NCBI GenBank assembly: GCA_964291675.2
Contig: OZ219866.1
Span: 2,112,001-2,176,000 of the forward strand
From: Alphaproteobacteria bacterium
GTDB lineage: Bacteria > Pseudomonadota > Alphaproteobacteria > MPNO01
DNA: 64,000 nucleotides
Direction of reading: 5' to 3'
How positions within the stretch are numbered: position 1 is the stretch's first letter; each line of letters begins with the position of its first letter. Made by a program: the position numbers and the translations under genes. The notes beneath the pieces were generated by a model. That model made no database searches. It had not been told where the DNA came from and saw only the letters and a program-made list of their open reading frames with translations. This document shows, in pieces, positions 49,514 through 58,509 of this stretch.

Positions 49514-50332
49514 TCACAAGCCGGTCAAATCGCCCGCCCCCGCGGCGACGGCCTCGCGCGCCCAGGCGAGGGTCGAGTCGTAGGCGCGCGCCGCCGGCAC
49601 CACGAACTCGCGGACCAGAACGGTGTCCAGAACCGGCTCCAGGGAACGCTGCCGCGGAATGTCGAGGAAGGCGGCGCGCAGCCGTTCCAGCTCGGCCTCG
49701 GCGATGTCCGCATGCGCGACCAGCGGCGGGACCGGCGCCGCCGCGGTGGTCGCGACGACGCGCAGATCCGCGACCGCCCGGGGGTCGTTGTGGCGCAGCA
49801 GGTCGAGATACCAGCCGTCGAGGGGACCGACATCCGCGCGGCCGTCGAGGATGGCGGCGACGACCGCCCGCGGCGCGAACAGGGGCCCCACCGAGTCCGC
49901 GAACAGCCGGGGCCGGGCGCCGGTCCGGTAAGACAGGAGATGGTGGCGGGCCGCGTTGTAGCCCGAATGGGAATGCTCGACCGTCCACGCCAGCCGGCCG
50001 CCGAAGGTATCTTCCAGCGTCGTGGCCGCGCTGTCCGCGCGGACCACGAAATCGGTGACATAGACCGGCTCTCCGCCGTAGCGGGGCGGTCGGGGGACCG
50101 GGGCGCAGACGATCCGTGGCCTGGTGTCGGCCATCGCGAACGGCCAGCCGCACATGAAGACGCAGCCGATGTCGGGGCGTTGCCACAGCGTCTCGATGGG
50201 CGCCGGGGCCGCATGGTCGACGACCTCAAGCGCGGTCCCCGACCGTTCGCCGACGAAGGCGAATATCCGCTCCCACCCCGCCTTGACGCGCGGGGTCGCG
50301 TTGTACATGCGCGAATTGGCGATCAGCGTCAT
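49514..50332 (-). CDS. PhnD/SsuA-like substrate-binding-fold protein without an obvious signal peptide
   Basis: IANSRMY, FMCGWP, SHSGYNA, GRADVGPLD. Confidence 0.75.
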   Translation of the reverse strand: MTLIANSRMYNATPRVKAGWERIFAFVGERSGTALEVVDHAAPAPIETLWQRPDIGCVFMCGWPFAMADTRPRIVCAPVPRPPRYGGEPVYVTDFVVRADSAATTLEDTFGGRLAWTVEHSHSGYNAARHHLLSYRTGARPRLFADSVGPLFAPRAVVAAILDGRADVGPLDGWYLDLLRHNDPRAVADLRVVATTAAAPVPPLVAHADIAEAELERLRAAFLDIPRQRSLEPVLDTVLVREFVVPAARAYDSTLAWAREAVAAGAGDLTGL

Positions 50333-50402
50333 GACAATGCCCGAGCGCAAGGTACCGGGCGGTCGCACGCGGAATCAACCGGCGCCGGTCCTTTCCGCAA
50401 GC

Positions 50403-51719
50403 CTATCGCACCCCGGTCAGCCACAGGCATAGCCCGGGAAACGCCACCAGCAGGACCAGCCGCGCGGCGTCGCTGACGCAGAAACCGAGCACCCCCTTGT
50501 AGGTCTGGCCCATCGGCACGTCGCGCGCCATGTTGTTGATCACGAAGAGGTTGAGGCCGAAAGGCGGGCTGATCATGCCCACCTCGACGGAAATCAGCAC
50601 CAGGATCCCGAACCAGATCATCGCCTGCGGGTCGCTCATGCCGAGATCCAGCGACAGCACGACGGGGATGAACACGGGCAGGGTGAGCAGCACCATGGCG
50701 AGCGATTCGAGCACGCAGCCGAGCGCCAGATAGATCGCCAGGATGATGGCTACGATCAACAGCGGCGGGGCGTCGAGGGCGGCCACCTGGGCCGACAATT
50801 CGCTGGGCACCCGGGAGAGCGCGAGGGCGGCGCTGAACAGCTCCGCGCCCAGCAGGATCAGGAAGATGAACGCCGTGTTGAGGGCGGTGCGCAGGATCGC
50901 CTCGCAGAAGCCCTGCCAGCGCATGCCGCCCAGGATCACCGCCAGCAGGCCGACGCAGAAGGCGCCGATGGCCGATGCCTCGGTGGGCGAGAACCAGCCG
51001 CCGTAGATGCCTCCGACCACGACGGCGAAGATGATCGCGGTCGGCCACATGTCGCGGCTGTCGCGCAGCCGCCGGACGAGCGCGAAGCGTTCCGCCGCCG
51101 GCGCCTCGCCGGGCCAGATGCGGGCATAGACCCAGATCACCGCCATGTAGCCCGCGACCGCCAGGGCTCCGGGGACGATCGCGGCGATGAACAGGTGGCC
51201 GATGCTCTGCTCGGTATAGATGGCGTAGATGACCAGGATGACCGAAGGCGGAATCAGGATGCCCAGCGTGCCCCCGGCGGCCAGCGTCCCCGTCGCCAGC
51301 GCGCCGGAATAGCCGTGGCGGCGCATCTCCGGCCCGGCGACCTGCGACATCGTGGCCGCGGTCGCGAGCGACGAGCCGCAGAGCGCGCCGAAGGCGGCGC
51401 AGCCGCCGATGGTGGCCATGGCGAGGCCGCCGCGCCGGTGGCCGAGCCAGGCCCGCGCCGCCTGAAACAGCGACCGGTTGAGCCCGCCCTTGGTGGCGAA
51501 CTCGCCCATCAGCAGGAACAGCGGGATGATCGAGAGCGTGTAGCTGGAGAAGCGGCTGAAGGTCAGGGTCTTCAAATTGTTCAGCAACGGCTCGGGGCCG
51601 GTGATGGCGGCATAGCCGATCCCGCCGGCAAGCAGCATCGCGAGCGCGACCGGCACCCGCAGGGCGAGCAGAAGCACCACGCCCACGAACATCGCCACGC
51701 CGATATCGTAAGGGGTCAT
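50403..51719 (-). CDS. dctM: TRAP large permease DctM
   Basis: IIPLFLLMG, GALCGSSLATAA, GILIPPS, FSPTEA, PPFGLNLF. Confidence 0.92.
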   Translation of the reverse strand: MTPYDIGVAMFVGVVLLLALRVPVALAMLLAGGIGYAAITGPEPLLNNLKTLTFSRFSSYTLSIIPLFLLMGEFATKGGLNRSLFQAARAWLGHRRGGLAMATIGGCAAFGALCGSSLATAATMSQVAGPEMRRHGYSGALATGTLAAGGTLGILIPPSVILVIYAIYTEQSIGHLFIAAIVPGALAVAGYMAVIWVYARIWPGEAPAAERFALVRRLRDSRDMWPTAIIFAVVVGGIYGGWFSPTEASAIGAFCVGLLAVILGGMRWQGFCEAILRTALNTAFIFLILLGAELFSAALALSRVPSELSAQVAALDAPPLLIVAIILAIYLALGCVLESLAMVLLTLPVFIPVVLSLDLGMSDPQAMIWFGILVLISVEVGMISPPFGLNLFVINNMARDVPMGQTYKGVLGFCVSDAARLVLLVAFPGLCLWLTGVR

Positions 51720-52234
51720 GGCGCGCCGTCTTCCGCGTCGGGCCCGGCGCCGCCGCCGACCCGTTCGCACACCACGAAGACCGCCGTCGCCATCCACAGG
51801 ACGGCGGGGACGCTCGCAAGCGCGAAACCCCACCACCGCGGCAACTGCAAAAACATGCTGATCCGGCCCCGGTCATAGGCATCGTATCCGCCGACGATGA
51901 GTTGCATGGCGAGGACGATGACGACGAGGGCGAAGACGACGCTGGCCGCGACATCGAGGGTCGCCTTTGCCGCAGGGGGCGCCCAGCCGGTGAAGGCGGT
52001 AATGACGACGTGCCCGTACTGCATCTGGCAATAGGGCATGAAGCTCATCACCGCGACGCCGGCGGCGAACTCGACGATCTCCGTGTCGCCCAGGATCGGG
52101 CGGCCGAGGGCGGCCATGCAGACCGCGACGACGGTGAACAGCATCGCCGCCACCAGCACCAGACCGCCGAACAGGGCGACCGCGCGCGTCGTGCGGTCGA
52201 GCCGGCGACGCCACGCGCGGAGTGGCGGGTTCAA
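51716..52234 (-). CDS. dctQ: TRAP small permease DctQ
   Basis: GDTEIVE...MPYCQ..GHV; four TM segments. Confidence 0.85.
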   Translation of the reverse strand: MNPPLRAWRRRLDRTTRAVALFGGLVLVAAMLFTVVAVCMAALGRPILGDTEIVEFAAGVAVMSFMPYCQMQYGHVVITAFTGWAPPAAKATLDVAASVVFALVVIVLAMQLIVGGYDAYDRGRISMFLQLPRWWGFALASVPAVLWMATAVFVVCERVGGGAGPDAEDGAP

Positions 52235-52281
52235 GCCCGCGCCTTTCGCTGCCTCACGCGCCAGCTTCCCCGCGACCGCCG

Positions 52282-52378
52282 GCTAGCCCGATGTCCCGCA
52301 TCGCGCCGCGCGCCTCTCCTGCCCTGTCGGCCGGACAGCGCCGCGCAGGCCATGACAGGGGCGAGAAATGCGGGCTAG
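52282..52378 (-). repeat. Dispersed palindromic repeat, intact copy B
   Basis: 69/71 identity to 10436-10506; bounded by CTAGCCCG (52283-52290) and CGGGCTAG (52371-52378). Confidence 0.88.
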
Positions 52379-52388
52379 GCCTTCCCGG

Positions 52389-53405
52389 CTACATGCGTCC
52401 GTGCTTGCCGGTAATGTCCAGCAGGGTCTTGAACAGCGCCGCGCCGTCATAGCCGCGGCCGTTCATCTCGGCGATCCAGGCGTCGTAGGCCGGCTGGACG
52501 GTCTTCTTCCAGCGCGCGATCTCCGCATCCGAGACCCTGAACACGTTGTTGCCGTGATCGACGATCGCCTTGCGCGCCGGGGCGGTCTGCGTGTCCCAAG
52601 CGACCCCCATCTTCTTCACCCACGGCATGCCGGAATTCCTGTCGACCACCGCCTTCAGATCGGCCGGCAGCTTGTCGTAGGAGGCCCGGCGCATCATCGT
52701 CATCAACATGGACTGATAGAGCGCCAGCTCCGAGTGATGGTTGGTCACCTCGTAGAAGCGGAAGGGCTTGGTGATCGCCCAGTTGATCAGCATGCCCTCG
52801 ACCTGGCCGCGCGACAGCGCCTCGTAGACGCCCGGCAACGGAATGCCCACCGGCGTCGCGCCCAGCGCCTTGACGGCCTCGCCGATGAAGCGGCCGGCGA
52901 CCCTGAGCTTCATGCCCTTGAAATCCTCCAGGGTCTTGATGGGCTTCTTGACCGTGTGGATCAGCGCGGCGTCGGTGGCGTGGATCGAGACGAGGTAGAT
53001 GCCCTCGAACTCCTTCTGCAGGTGACCGGTGACGAACTCCATGGCCGCCGGGCTCATGGTCGCCGACTTGCCGGTATTCATGAACGGCAGCTCCAGGCCC
53101 TGGGTGCCGGGGAAGCGGCCGGGGGTGAAGCCGGGCAGCGTCCAGATGATGTCGACCACGCCGTCTTCCATCTGCTGGGGAAGATCGCCGGGCTTCCCGC
53201 CGAGTTGCATGGCCGGGTAGACCTCGATCCTGATCCGGCCCTTGGAGTCCTTCTCGACATTCTCGGCCCAGCGGTCGAGGTGGATGGTGTGGTCGAGCGA
53301 TTTGGGCGAGCCGAACGAATGCAGGCGGAATGTAAAGTCTTGCGCCTTGGCCGGCATGGCGAGGGCGGTGCCGAGCAAAATGGCGGCAACGACCGGCGTC
53401 TTCAT
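52389..53405 (-). CDS. dctP: TRAP substrate-binding protein DctP
   Basis: YPAMQLGG, GVVDIIWTLPG.TPGRFP...ELPF, GMKLRV. Confidence 0.9.
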   Translation of the reverse strand: MKTPVVAAILLGTALAMPAKAQDFTFRLHSFGSPKSLDHTIHLDRWAENVEKDSKGRIRIEVYPAMQLGGKPGDLPQQMEDGVVDIIWTLPGFTPGRFPGTQGLELPFMNTGKSATMSPAAMEFVTGHLQKEFEGIYLVSIHATDAALIHTVKKPIKTLEDFKGMKLRVAGRFIGEAVKALGATPVGIPLPGVYEALSRGQVEGMLINWAITKPFRFYEVTNHHSELALYQSMLMTMMRRASYDKLPADLKAVVDRNSGMPWVKKMGVAWDTQTAPARKAIVDHGNNVFRVSDAEIARWKKTVQPAYDAWIAEMNGRGYDGAALFKTLLDITGKHGRM

Positions 53406-53511
53406 GGCTGTCTCCCTAAACCCGTGATCCCGGTTTAGTATGCGACCCGCCGGAGAGCCTGTGAAGCCGGTTCGCCGGCGCCGCGCGTTCGATGGCGGAT
53501 TTGCAGGAGGG

Positions 53512-54876
53512 ATGGCGAACAAACCCAGCCTGAGGCGGTTCCTCGACCGGTTGGAATCCGCGGGCGCGCTGCACCGCGTCACCCGCCGCGTCGATCCCGA
53601 ATTCGAGATCGGCGCGATCCTCGGGCTGCGCGACGCCGGCCCGGCGCAGCTCTTCGAGAATGTCGACGGCCCGGGGCTTGGCGTGGTCGGCAACGTGCTC
53701 AATTCGCGCGCCCGCTTCGCGCTCGCCTTCGGCATCGCGCCCGACGCGCTGGACGACCACTGCGCGGCGGCGGTCGCGAACCCGGTCCCGCCGGCACTCG
53801 TCGATTACGGCCCGGTGCAGGACGAGGTCTTCGACGGCGCGCCCGACCTCGCCGGGCTGCTGCCGGTGCCGCGCTGGTTCGAGCGCGAGACGGCTCCCTA
53901 CATCACCGCGGGCGTCATCGTCGCGCGCGACCCGGAGACCGGCCGCCCCAACCTTTCCATCGCCCGGCTCAGGCTGGAAGGCGGCAACCGGGTGATGGCG
54001 GGGATCGCCGCCAACCATCACCTCAACCTCCTCGCGCGGAAGGCGCAGGCGCGGGGCGAGGCGCTGGAATTCGCGGTCGCGATCGGCAACCACCCCGCGG
54101 TGCTGCTCGCCTCGCAGATGTATGTGGACCTCGGCCGCGACGAGCTCGAGATCGCGGGCGCGCTGCAGGGCGAGCCCGTGGAGCTGGTCCCGTGCCGGAC
54201 GGTCGGGCTCGCGGTTCCCGCCGAGGCCGAGATCGTGCTCGAGGGCGTGTTGCGCCCGGACGAGCCGATCGAGGAGGGTCCGGTATCCGAGTTCCCGGGC
54301 TTCTACGTCCGCTACGGGCCGGGCATCGCCGGCGAGATAAGCTGCGTGACCCGCCGCAAGGACGCCATCTTCCAGGCGATCCTGCCGGGGTTCGCATCCG
54401 AGCACTGCCTGCTGGGCGCCGTCGCCATCGGCGCGACGCTGCGCCACGAATTGTCGCGAACCGTCCCGGCGGTCCGCAACGTCGCGATCACCGAGGGCGG
54501 CATGGGCCGGCTGCACGCGGTCATCGCGATGCACCGCCCGCGGCGCGGCGAAGGCAAGCGGGCGATCCTGCTGGCGATGGGGCTGGTCAACCTGCTGAAG
54601 CTTGTCATCGCGGTCGAGGACGACGTCGACCCGCACGACGGGAAGCAGGTCGAATGGTCGCTCGGCGCGCGCTTTCGCGGCGGCGAAGACCTGATCGTCC
54701 TGCCCGGGGTCAAGGCCGACCGCTGCGATCCGGTGCACGACGACCTCACGGTCACCAAGATCGGCATGGTCGCGACCACGCGGCCGGGCGACGGGGAGCC
54801 CGGCAGCCGCTCCGAATTCGCCCGCCCGCCGGACGAGGTGCTCGCGCGGATTCGCCGCGATCTCGACCTCTATTGA
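53512..54876 (+). CDS. UbiD-family prFMN-dependent (de)carboxylase
   Basis: SLRRFL, PYITAG, VPAEAEIVLEG, EGPVSEFPGFY, VEDDVD...VEW. Confidence 0.9.
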   Translation: MANKPSLRRFLDRLESAGALHRVTRRVDPEFEIGAILGLRDAGPAQLFENVDGPGLGVVGNVLNSRARFALAFGIAPDALDDHCAAAVANPVPPALVDYGPVQDEVFDGAPDLAGLLPVPRWFERETAPYITAGVIVARDPETGRPNLSIARLRLEGGNRVMAGIAANHHLNLLARKAQARGEALEFAVAIGNHPAVLLASQMYVDLGRDELEIAGALQGEPVELVPCRTVGLAVPAEAEIVLEGVLRPDEPIEEGPVSEFPGFYVRYGPGIAGEISCVTRRKDAIFQAILPGFASEHCLLGAVAIGATLRHELSRTVPAVRNVAITEGGMGRLHAVIAMHRPRRGEGKRAILLAMGLVNLLKLVIAVEDDVDPHDGKQVEWSLGARFRGGEDLIVLPGVKADRCDPVHDDLTVTKIGMVATTRPGDGEPGSRSEFARPPDEVLARIRRDLDLY

Positions 54877-54877
54877 A

Positions 54878-55050
54878 GGGGGCTTGCGCCCATACGGAGC
54901 GGTGCTTCTACCTGCACGGTGGAAGCGATCCGACGCAAACCACGTTCCGCAGCTTCATCGGCGCGTTTCCACGTTTCGTTGAGGTCGCGGACCGAGTGCC
55001 GGCACCGTTCGTCTACCGAGTCGGAGGGGGGCGGGCATGGTCCGTGAGAG
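54878..55050 (+). pseudogene. Possible C-terminal fragment of a VapC45-like PIN toxin
   Basis: RCFYLHGG...FIGAFPRFVEVADRVPAPFVYRV resembles the VapC45 tail; no start codon or N-terminus. Confidence 0.3.
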
Positions 55051-55190
55051 TCCGAACGACGCGATCCGCATCGCCATCGCTCCCGGGGAGCCGAAGGCAG
55101 ACTCCGGTGCGCGGCGGCGTGACTCTCGCCCCTTGACCCGTCCCACCAACCATTTACGGTTGCGCCGTTGAACCTTACAGGGAGGCCGCC

Positions 55191-55514
55191 ATGACGGGAG
55201 ATGCGCGGCGACCGAACGCTTTGCGGTTCGTGATCTTCGAGGAAGAGGGCGCATGGGTCGCAATGTGCCTGGAACGCTACATCGGTACGCAGGGCCGCAC
55301 GAAGGAAGCGGCCATCGACGGCCTGAAAATCGTCTACCGTGCCGAACTCGACGAGTCCCTGGTCCGCACCGGCGAGCCGTTCGGCGGCATTCGGCGAGCA
55401 CCGAAGAAGTTCTGGGAAATGCACAAGTCGGACGATCCGTCGATCCTTCGCGGTCGCATATGCGACGATGGGCTCGGTGCAGTAATGGGAGAGCGGCTTG
55501 AGATCGCAGCGTAG
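55191..55514 (+). CDS. HicB-like antitoxin-fold protein
   Basis: VIFEEEGAWVAMCLE..IGTQGRTKEAAI; GGGAGG RBS. Confidence 0.62.
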   Translation: MTGDARRPNALRFVIFEEEGAWVAMCLERYIGTQGRTKEAAIDGLKIVYRAELDESLVRTGEPFGGIRRAPKKFWEMHKSDDPSILRGRICDDGLGAVMGERLEIAA

Positions 55515-55516
55515 GC

Positions 55517-55801
55517 ATGATCGCGCAACGCGCTCCCCCAGGCCCTGCCTTTGACGACTACTGCAAATGGCCTACGGAACAGGGCGGCAGCGTTCAGCAT
55601 CGACAGAACCGATGGGGCGGCTACGCTGTGTTGCACTCGCCAGACGGCACCCTGTGCGTTGCGATCCCAGTGACGGCCATGCACGAAATGCTGGTTTCAG
55701 AGTTGATCGAGTATCTCGATACCCGACTCGGATTGGTCTCGCCATGGCGAAGGCATCCACCGATGCCCCAGGGGGATGCCGATGACGACTCCGGAGCCTG
55801 A
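55517..55801 (+). CDS. Small protein, possibly HicA-like toxin
   Basis: Starts 2 nt after the HicB-like stop; SPDG..V.IP...L...I..L..RLGL pattern. Confidence 0.4.
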   Translation: MIAQRAPPGPAFDDYCKWPTEQGGSVQHRQNRWGGYAVLHSPDGTLCVAIPVTAMHEMLVSELIEYLDTRLGLVSPWRRHPPMPQGDADDDSGA

Positions 55802-55931
55802 CAAGCCCCAGCGTGACCGCTTCATCGAAACGGCGCACGATCTGGATTGTGACGAGGACGAGAGCCGGTTTGGCGCGACGCTGAAGCGGATCGTGCCGAA
55901 GATGGACGAACCGGCGCGCCCGAAGGGCTAG
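55782..55931 (+). CDS. Small hypothetical protein (49 aa, below the ORF-track cutoff)
   Basis: MTTPEPDKPQRDRFIETAHDLDCDEDESRFGATLKRIVPKMDEPARPKG; QxxRFxExAxxLxCDEDExxF pattern recalled from small ORFs beside IS1595-type elements. Confidence 0.55.
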   Translation: MTTPEPDKPQRDRFIETAHDLDCDEDESRFGATLKRIVPKMDEPARPKG

Positions 55932-56042
55932 CCCGCATTTCCCGCCACTGTCATGGTCTGCCCCGGATCGCAGTCCGGGACCTGCGCGGCGCTGTCCGGC
56001 CGACAGGGTGCGTCGAGATGCTTGCCCGATGTCCCCGCATCG
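55928..56042 (+). repeat. Dispersed palindromic repeat, copy C
   Basis: CTAGCCCGCATTTCCCGCCACTGTCATGGTCTGC...CTGCGCGGCGCTGTCCGGCCGACAGGG...GCTTGCCCGATGT. Confidence 0.82.
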
Positions 56043-56071
56043 AGCCCGCATCTTCCGCATGACTCGACATG

Positions 56072-56089
56072 GTAAGGAAAAATCCTTAC
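56072..56089. promoter_or_regulatory. Palindromic operator for prlF-yhaV autorepression
   Basis: GTAAGGA-AAAA-TCCTTAC, 32 bp upstream of the antitoxin start. Confidence 0.65.
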
Positions 56090-56120
56090 GGTCGCGCGCG
56101 GTACACAGGGAGCGTCGATC

Positions 56121-56441
56121 ATGTCGATCATCCATGAGGTCGCCACGATGACCGCGAAGGGCCAGATCACCCTGCCCAAGTCGATCCGTCAGGCGCTGGG
56201 GGTCGATGTCGGCGCCAGGGTGGCGTTCGAACTCCACGAGGACGGACAGGTCGTCGTCAGCCGCGCCGACGCGGAGCATGAAGATCCGGCGATCGGTTCG
56301 TTCCTGGATCTGCTCGCCGCCGATATCCGGGCCGCCCGGCATGTTCGAGCGATGCCGGACGATCTCGCACGCGACATGCTCGAACAGGCGCGGCGCGAGG
56401 CGGGACCGGACGAGGACATCGACGGCGACGTCGCCCTCTGA
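56121..56441 (+). CDS. prlF: Type II antitoxin, PrlF/AbrB family
   Basis: ATMTAKGQITLPK.IRQALG, HEDPAIGSFL.LL..DI. Confidence 0.9.
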   Translation: MSIIHEVATMTAKGQITLPKSIRQALGVDVGARVAFELHEDGQVVVSRADAEHEDPAIGSFLDLLAADIRAARHVRAMPDDLARDMLEQARREAGPDEDIDGDVAL

Positions 56442-56899
56442 TGCGGCGCCACGGATGGACGCTGCTGTTCCACGATTGCCTGATCGACCAGCTGCGCAAG
56501 CTCCACAACGCAGTCCAGCGCGCGCAACGAAGCGATCCGTCGGGATTCGCATCCAATGCGAACGTCAAGCTGTTCCATGCGCTGAGCCGGCTGATGCTGG
56601 AGGTCATCCCGCAGGATCCGTCCCGCGACGAGTACCGCCAGGGCAGCACGCTGGGTGCGCGCCACCGCCATTGGCGGCGCGCCAGGATCGGCAGACGGTT
56701 TCGATTGTTCTTCCGCTATGACGCGAGGGCGAAGGTGATCGTCTACGCGTGGGTCAATGACCGATCCACGCTGCGCTCCTCGGGGAGCGGAACCGATCCT
56801 TACGCGGTCTTCGCCAGGATGCTGTCGCGGGGCAATCCGCCCGAGGACTGGGCTTCATTGATGACCGCATCGAGGCGGGACTGGCAGGACGGGAAATAA
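56441..56899 (+). CDS. yhaV: Type II toxin, YhaV family
   Basis: GW.LL.H, YRQG.TLG...HW.RA, RFRLFFRY, IVYAWVND..TLR..G...DPY.VF; TGATG overlap. Confidence 0.92.
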   Translation: MRRHGWTLLFHDCLIDQLRKLHNAVQRAQRSDPSGFASNANVKLFHALSRLMLEVIPQDPSRDEYRQGSTLGARHRHWRRARIGRRFRLFFRYDARAKVIVYAWVNDRSTLRSSGSGTDPYAVFARMLSRGNPPEDWASLMTASRRDWQDGK

Positions 56900-56940
56900 C
56901 CGTCTCCAGACCGTGTCGACCCGCGAAGGGTCCCCAACCC

Positions 56941-56984
56941 CGTCATGGCCGGCCCCCGGACTCGATCCGCGGGCCGGGCATGAC
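56941..56984. repeat. Degenerate CGTC-REP-like palindrome
   Basis: CGTCATGGCCGGCCC...GGGCCGGGCATGAC. Confidence 0.55.
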
Positions 56985-57138
56985 AAGGGAGGGGGCATGG
57001 CGATGGGGCGGGCGGCGTTCCCGTCGCCGGTCCGCGCCGGCCGAACGCGCGTAAAATTGTCCATAGGAGCCCCGATTGAAGGACCGGAGCCGCAAGAATT
57101 CGTTTGCGCCGAATGCGCCGCTGGGAAATCCTCGCATC

Positions 57139-58509
57139 ATGTCCGATTTCGATCTCGTCCTGAAGGGCGACCTCGTCCTGCCCGACCGCGTCGTCGAGCG
57201 CGGCCATGTCGCGGTGCGCGACGGAAGGATCGCGGCCATCGGCGGCGGTCCGGCGCCTGGCGCCACGACGGTCGAGGACTTCACCGGCGCCCTCATCCTG
57301 CCGGGCGCGATCGACGGGCAGGTCCATTCGCGCTCCCAGGCCGACCAGGAGGATTTTCTCTGGTCGACCCGCTCCGCCGCGGCGGGCGGGGTGACGACGA
57401 TCGTCGACATGCCCTATGACGACGGCGAGCTGATCTGCACCGCTGGGCGGCTGGCCGGAAAGGCGGCGGCGGCCAAGTCCCAGGCGCGGGTCGATTTCGC
57501 GCTCTACGGCACGATCCACCCCGATGACGGGCCGCGCCACATCGCTGCCATGGTCGAGGCGGGCGCCGCCGCCTTCAAGTTCTCCACCTTCGGCACCCAC
57601 CCCGAGCGCTTCCCGCGCATCCCGCCGCAGACCATGCACGACTGCTTCGCCGAGATCGCGCGCTTCGACCTCATGGCCGGCGTGCACAACGAGAACGAGG
57701 AGGTCATCCAGGCCGCGCTGGCGGCGACGCGCGCGAGCGGCCGGACCGACTACCTGGCGCACGGGCTGTCGCGCCCCGCAATCTCGGAGCTGCTCGCGAT
57801 GGCGGAGGTCTACGAGCTCGGCGTCGCCACGGGCTGCGCCGCCCATGTGGTTCACTGCTCGCTCGGCCGCGGCTACGAGATGGCGCGCGCCTATCGCGAC
57901 CAGGGCTACCGGGCGACCGCCGAGGCCTGCATCCATTACCTCACGCTGAGCGAGGAGGACGATGTGAGCCGGCTCGGCGGGGTGGCCAAGATCAACCCGC
58001 CGATCCGCGGGCGGACGCAGCGCGAGGCGCTGTGGCGGCATTTGGCGGAAGGCAATATCGCCATCGTCTCGACCGACCACGTGAGCTGGTCGCTGGAACG
58101 CAAGACCCGCAACGACATGCTGGAGAACGCCTCCGGCGTGCCGGGTCTGGAGGCGCTGGTGCCGCTGCTCGCGACCGGGCTTGCCGAGCGCGGCCTGCCG
58201 CTGACCTGGGCGGCGCGGCTGCTGGCGAAGAACCCGGCCCGGCTGTTCCGCATCGACCGCCGGAAGGGCGCCTTGCGGACCGGCCGCGATGCCGACATCG
58301 CGGTTCTGGTGCCGGACGAGCATGCCTACGACCCCGCGGCGTCGGGCAACAACGTCGTCGACTGGAGCCCCTATGCCGGGCGTCGGCTCGCCTGGCGGGT
58401 GGAGGCCGCCTGGCTGCGCGGGCAGCCGGTCTGGACGCAAGGCGGGAGCGTCGCCGAGCCGGGCACCGGGGAATGGATCAGGCCCGAACCGCGCCGGGGC
58501 GCCGCGTGA
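57139..58509 (+). CDS. Cyclic amidohydrolase (allantoinase/hydantoinase/dihydroorotase family)
   Basis: PGAIDGQVH, AAAGGVTTIVDMP, VHNE, KINPPIR, STDH. Confidence 0.9.
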   Translation: MSDFDLVLKGDLVLPDRVVERGHVAVRDGRIAAIGGGPAPGATTVEDFTGALILPGAIDGQVHSRSQADQEDFLWSTRSAAAGGVTTIVDMPYDDGELICTAGRLAGKAAAAKSQARVDFALYGTIHPDDGPRHIAAMVEAGAAAFKFSTFGTHPERFPRIPPQTMHDCFAEIARFDLMAGVHNENEEVIQAALAATRASGRTDYLAHGLSRPAISELLAMAEVYELGVATGCAAHVVHCSLGRGYEMARAYRDQGYRATAEACIHYLTLSEEDDVSRLGGVAKINPPIRGRTQREALWRHLAEGNIAIVSTDHVSWSLERKTRNDMLENASGVPGLEALVPLLATGLAERGLPLTWAARLLAKNPARLFRIDRRKGALRTGRDADIAVLVPDEHAYDPAASGNNVVDWSPYAGRRLAWRVEAAWLRGQPVWTQGGSVAEPGTGEWIRPEPRRGAA

